DNA of 64,000 nucleotides from an uncultured Muribaculaceae bacterium (GTDB lineage Bacteria; Bacillota_I; Bacilli_A; RF39; UBA660): NCBI GenBank assembly GCA_964372145.1, contig CAYJPM010000002.1, positions 364 to 64,363 of the forward strand, read 5' to 3'. Shown piece by piece: positions 60,968 to 64,000 of this stretch (position 1 is its first letter; each line of letters starts with the position of its first letter). The notes under the pieces were generated by a model. It saw only the letters and a program-made list of their open reading frames with translations, ran no database searches and was not told where the DNA came from. The position numbers and the translations under genes were made by a program.

Positions 60968-61201
60968 TCACCCCTTATAGCTACAACTAAATTTATTTTC
61001 AGGATTATCTTTTATGTAACACTCTACCTCAGTGCAATTACCAGTTGGACATCCTTCACAAATAGCATTTTTACAATTAGATGCTGCATCTAAATTATCT
61101 GATATCATTGGCCAAAGATACATGAAAAAAAAGGCTGCCATTACACTAACAGCAGCTGCAACTATTACAGTAGTGTTTAGTTCTCCGACAGCCTCTTTCA
61201 T
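60968..61201 (-). CDS. Flp-type pilin-like protein with 6-Cys C-terminal module
   Basis: MKEAVG leader, ELNTTVIVAAAVSVMAAFFF hydrophobic core, then NCKNAICEGCPTGNCTEVECYIKDNPENKFSC. Confidence 0.5.
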   Translation of the reverse strand: MKEAVGELNTTVIVAAAVSVMAAFFFMYLWPMISDNLDAASNCKNAICEGCPTGNCTEVECYIKDNPENKFSCSYKG

Positions 61202-61235
61202 TCTTTTATTCTCCCTTTAATATTTTATTTTTGTT

Positions 61236-61490
61236 TTAAGGTGTTGTTGTAGTTGTATCATTTATTGGACATGTTATTGTTTGAGTAGCTCCTGTTTCAT
61301 CTATATATGAACAATCTAGTGTGTCACCAGTTGCGCTTGTTTGACAATTAAATGCATTCGCGCATCTTGTGTTTTGTTCAATGTTACGTTGTATCATAGG
61401 CCATACAAATGCATAAAAGAATGCCGCTACTGCTGCAATTGCTACTACAGTAATTACTGTCATGTTTAATTCTCCTGTTGCCTCTTTCAT
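61236..61490 (-). CDS. Flp-type pilin-like protein with 4-Cys C-terminal module
   Basis: MKEATG leader, ELNMTVITVVAIAAVAAFFY, then C...NC...DCSYIDE...C. Confidence 0.5.
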   Translation of the reverse strand: MKEATGELNMTVITVVAIAAVAAFFYAFVWPMIQRNIEQNTRCANAFNCQTSATGDTLDCSYIDETGATQTITCPINDTTTTTP

Positions 61491-61571
61491 TAATTCTCCT
61501 CCTTATTTTATATTTTTATTATAACTAATTTTAATTATAATATCAATTTTTTTTACATTTTGTTATGTAAA

Positions 61572-62360
61572 CTAAATACTCATCATTTGCATTACTGCAA
61601 ATACTAACAGAATCATAACTCCTATACCAGTTGCTATAAGCATTGACATAGTCTTACCTTCCATTTTTTCAAGTCTATTTTTATATCTAACATCTCTAGC
61701 TTTTTGTTGTAGATTCGATATCGATTTAGAGAATGATAAAATTTGCTCTTGTTTTCTTTCTTGTCTACCTAATGATAATCTATAAAGTAGTCTCATCATT
61801 CTCATTGAATCCCTTACAGGATACTTTTTAGCAAAAGCCATGTAAGGATTAATTGTATCATCACCATTATTTATTTCATTTATTAAATCTTTTAATCCGT
61901 CTTTAAATATTTCTGGAGCGTCATCAACTGATTTTCCTAACGCTACTGGAACTGTATAATGTTGGATTAGTATTTCTATACTTTTCAAATAATGTGGTAA
62001 CATTGCATCAATATGATGCATATTTTTTTTATAATATCCTTTTATTTGATTATAATCTAATTTAAACATAAAATATGCTGCAATGATTGCTATTAAAACG
62101 ATAACCATTGACATATCATTAAGCATTATTATCATTACTGCTAAAAATGCAAAAAAACCATTCCTTATTCTTTTATTAAATAATGTATTTGGATTTATGT
62201 CATCACCATATCTAGATCTAACATAAAAATCCCAGTCATCTTCTTTTAATTTTCTAAATAATTTTTCATTATCACTAATCATCTGTGTAATACTAATATT
62301 ACCAGTTACTGTCATAACCCAAAATACAAGGGCTCCAATAATTAATATTTCTATTTGCAT
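61572..62360 (-). CDS. TadC-like (type II secretion F-family) membrane protein
   Basis: 262 aa with 3 TM and a central cytoplasmic helical GspF-like domain; stop overlaps the tadB-like start. Confidence 0.5.
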   Translation of the reverse strand: MQIEILIIGALVFWVMTVTGNISITQMISDNEKLFRKLKEDDWDFYVRSRYGDDINPNTLFNKRIRNGFFAFLAVMIIMLNDMSMVIVLIAIIAAYFMFKLDYNQIKGYYKKNMHHIDAMLPHYLKSIEILIQHYTVPVALGKSVDDAPEIFKDGLKDLINEINNGDDTINPYMAFAKKYPVRDSMRMMRLLYRLSLGRQERKQEQILSFSKSISNLQQKARDVRYKNRLEKMEGKTMSMLIATGIGVMILLVFAVMQMMSI

Positions 62361-63274
62361 TATTCTACCCCCACATCTTCATTATAGTATTTCTCACCAG
62401 TTATTAAGAAGTAAGAATTTATAATTATTACAAAGTGTAAGATTAATTGTACGTACCATATTTCTAATAATTCTAAATAATTATCTCTACCGAACATAGC
62501 TTGAAGTACTAATACTAGTATAAATAATACTATACCAAATTTAACAAATCTTCCATGGAAGTTTTTACGGTCTATTTGATCTCTATATACACCCTCTACT
62601 AAAGCATCTATATCCATAGCCATATTTTCAAGTGCTTGACCTGAGTCTCTAGCACCTTCTTTTGTAATCTGTAAAAATAATTGGTTCATATTTTTAACCA
62701 TATAGAATGGATATTTATCATTAAAATATTTAACTGAGTCGTCAATTGTACCATTTTCATATGATAAGTTAATCATATGTTCTAGGTCTGCTAATACAGG
62801 ATTTTCTAAGATACCTGAATCTCTAACACCTTCTAATGATTTAACAAAACTTTGAGTTGTATTAAATTCCATTATTACATTAGTTGTATATATTTGAATT
62901 TGCTCAAATATATATTCACTATATACTCTTTGGCATCTTAAATATGCTAAGTACGGTATAAAAGATACTGCAATTACTGCATATACTATTGCCCATATAA
63001 TACTATAAAAGTAAAAATAACCTATAATACCTGCGCCTGCTGCAAATACTATAACTTGCGTTGTATATTGTCTAGGTGTGTATTCTTGTCCAAGATCTTT
63101 ACTTTTTTCTCTAACTACTTTAAAAGAATATGGAGCGTATTTTTCATATACATCAGTTACTTTACCACTTACGTATTTATATACATTTTCACCAGAACGC
63201 ATTCTGTATACTACTACAAATAAAGCTATTACTAGTAAAATTACTAATTCTAATCCTGTAGTCATAAATAACAC
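62360..63274 (-). CDS. TadB-like (type II secretion F-family) membrane protein
   Basis: 304 aa with N- and C-terminal TM pairs and a central GspF-like domain. Confidence 0.5.
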   Translation of the reverse strand: MLFMTTGLELVILLVIALFVVVYRMRSGENVYKYVSGKVTDVYEKYAPYSFKVVREKSKDLGQEYTPRQYTTQVIVFAAGAGIIGYFYFYSIIWAIVYAVIAVSFIPYLAYLRCQRVYSEYIFEQIQIYTTNVIMEFNTTQSFVKSLEGVRDSGILENPVLADLEHMINLSYENGTIDDSVKYFNDKYPFYMVKNMNQLFLQITKEGARDSGQALENMAMDIDALVEGVYRDQIDRKNFHGRFVKFGIVLFILVLVLQAMFGRDNYLELLEIWYVQLILHFVIIINSYFLITGEKYYNEDVGVE

Positions 63275-63281
63275 TCCTTTC

Positions 63282-64000
63282 TTATAATTCTTCTATAATA
63301 AATTCTTCTTTAGTTTCAGTTTTTACGATGTTGTTTTCATCTGCTGGGTCTGCATTTCCAAATAAATTATCACCTAATGTAGCACCTTGTGAGCCTAAAT
63401 AATTTAAGAAATATTTAGATGGTTTATTAATATGTATATCACCACTTAAATTCTTTTTATATATTGTATTATGTCCTGCTTCATTATCTTCAGTAACATA
63501 AAATTCACAAATTTCAACTATTTCCCTTTGAAATCTTCCAAGTTCCTTGCTCATATAACCTTTAACATGAATTGCTAACTGGATATATCTATGCATTGAT
63601 TTAAGGAATTGATCAATATCTATATTACTTTCTAATAAACTGTATAAACGCATTGGAACGTTTTTAGCACTGTCAGAATGAATTGTTGAAATTATATTAT
63701 GTCCAGATGATATTGAATTTCTTACTGCAGTAACAGCTTCTGCTGTTCTTACTTCTGATAATAAAATCCATCTTGGATTTTGTCTCATACACGTAACTAA
63801 TACATCTGAATATGAAGCTATATTATTAGTTTTCATTGCAATTATATCTCTATGAGGAAATATTTTATCTAAATGAAGTTCTAATGTATCTTCAATTGTA
63901 ATTACTTTTTCATTTTCTCCTGTATGAGATGCAAGATATTTAACTAATTCTGTTTTACCTGAACCAGTTTCCCCACTTACTATAACATTACAGTGTCCTT
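63282..64000 (-). CDS. TadA/CpaF-type (type II/IV secretion) ATPase, C-terminal part; 5' end beyond window
   Basis: Frame is open to the window end. VSGETGSGKTEL Walker A, ILLSEVR, HSDSAKNVPMRL as in the VirB11/CpaF family. Confidence 0.8.
   Translation of the reverse strand, partial: GHCNVIVSGETGSGKTELVKYLASHTGENEKVITIEDTLELHLDKIFPHRDIIAMKTNNIASYSDVLVTCMRQNPRWILLSEVRTAEAVTAVRNSISSGHNIISTIHSDSAKNVPMRLYSLLESNIDIDQFLKSMHRYIQLAIHVKGYMSKELGRFQREIVEICEFYVTEDNEAGHNTIYKKNLSGDIHINKPSKYFLNYLGSQGATLGDNLFGNADPADENNIVKTETKEEFIIEEL

Noticed and set aside
1-64000. Mollicutes-type genetic code (TGA=Trp), considered because of the extreme AT content
   Set aside because: TGA and TAA terminate well-conserved genes at the expected lengths (for example the GGDEF extension ends in TGA), and Trp is encoded by TGG throughout.
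1-64000. CRISPR arrays, IS elements, integrases, rRNA
   Set aside because: No direct-repeat/spacer periodicity, no transposase or integrase-like ORFs and no rRNA-like conserved stretches were seen on either strand.

Overview
Very AT-rich Firmicute chromosome segment from an endospore former. Sporulation genes are present (spoIIAA-like, sigF-like, spoVAC/AD/AEb, a CotD-like coat protein). Roughly half the window is a Bacillus-like housekeeping synteny block: dnaD-nth, recU-ponA, gpsB-rnpB, rodZ-pgsA, recA-rny, dnaB-dnaI, rnjA, ftsY-ylxM, argS with a T-box leader, tRNA-Ala and rpoZ. Standard genetic code: TGA and TAA act as stops and TGG encodes Trp. No CRISPR array, rRNA, IS element or transposase was seen. 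Two accessory regions stand out. (1) At about 14.5-29.3 kb, a co-oriented island contains six tandem TasA/CalY-like paralogs with SipW-cognate signal peptides, three SipW-family members (one canonical, one catalytically degenerate, one fused to a 580-aa C-terminal extension), a membrane-anchored McrB-like AAA+ protein and several unknown proteins. (2) At about 58.5-64 kb, a Tad/Flp-like pilus locus (TadA-like ATPase, TadB/TadC-like membrane proteins, TadZ-like protein) carries four small pilin-like genes sharing an M[KR]E[AS]xG leader, and three pilin-like proteins share a Cys-rich C-terminal module. Other oddities: a GGDEF gene interrupted by an in-frame TAA, a sigF locus lacking spoIIAB with a Ser-less STAS protein, an ABC ATPase with a homopolymer frameshift, and a triplicated family of unknown proteins next to the coat gene.
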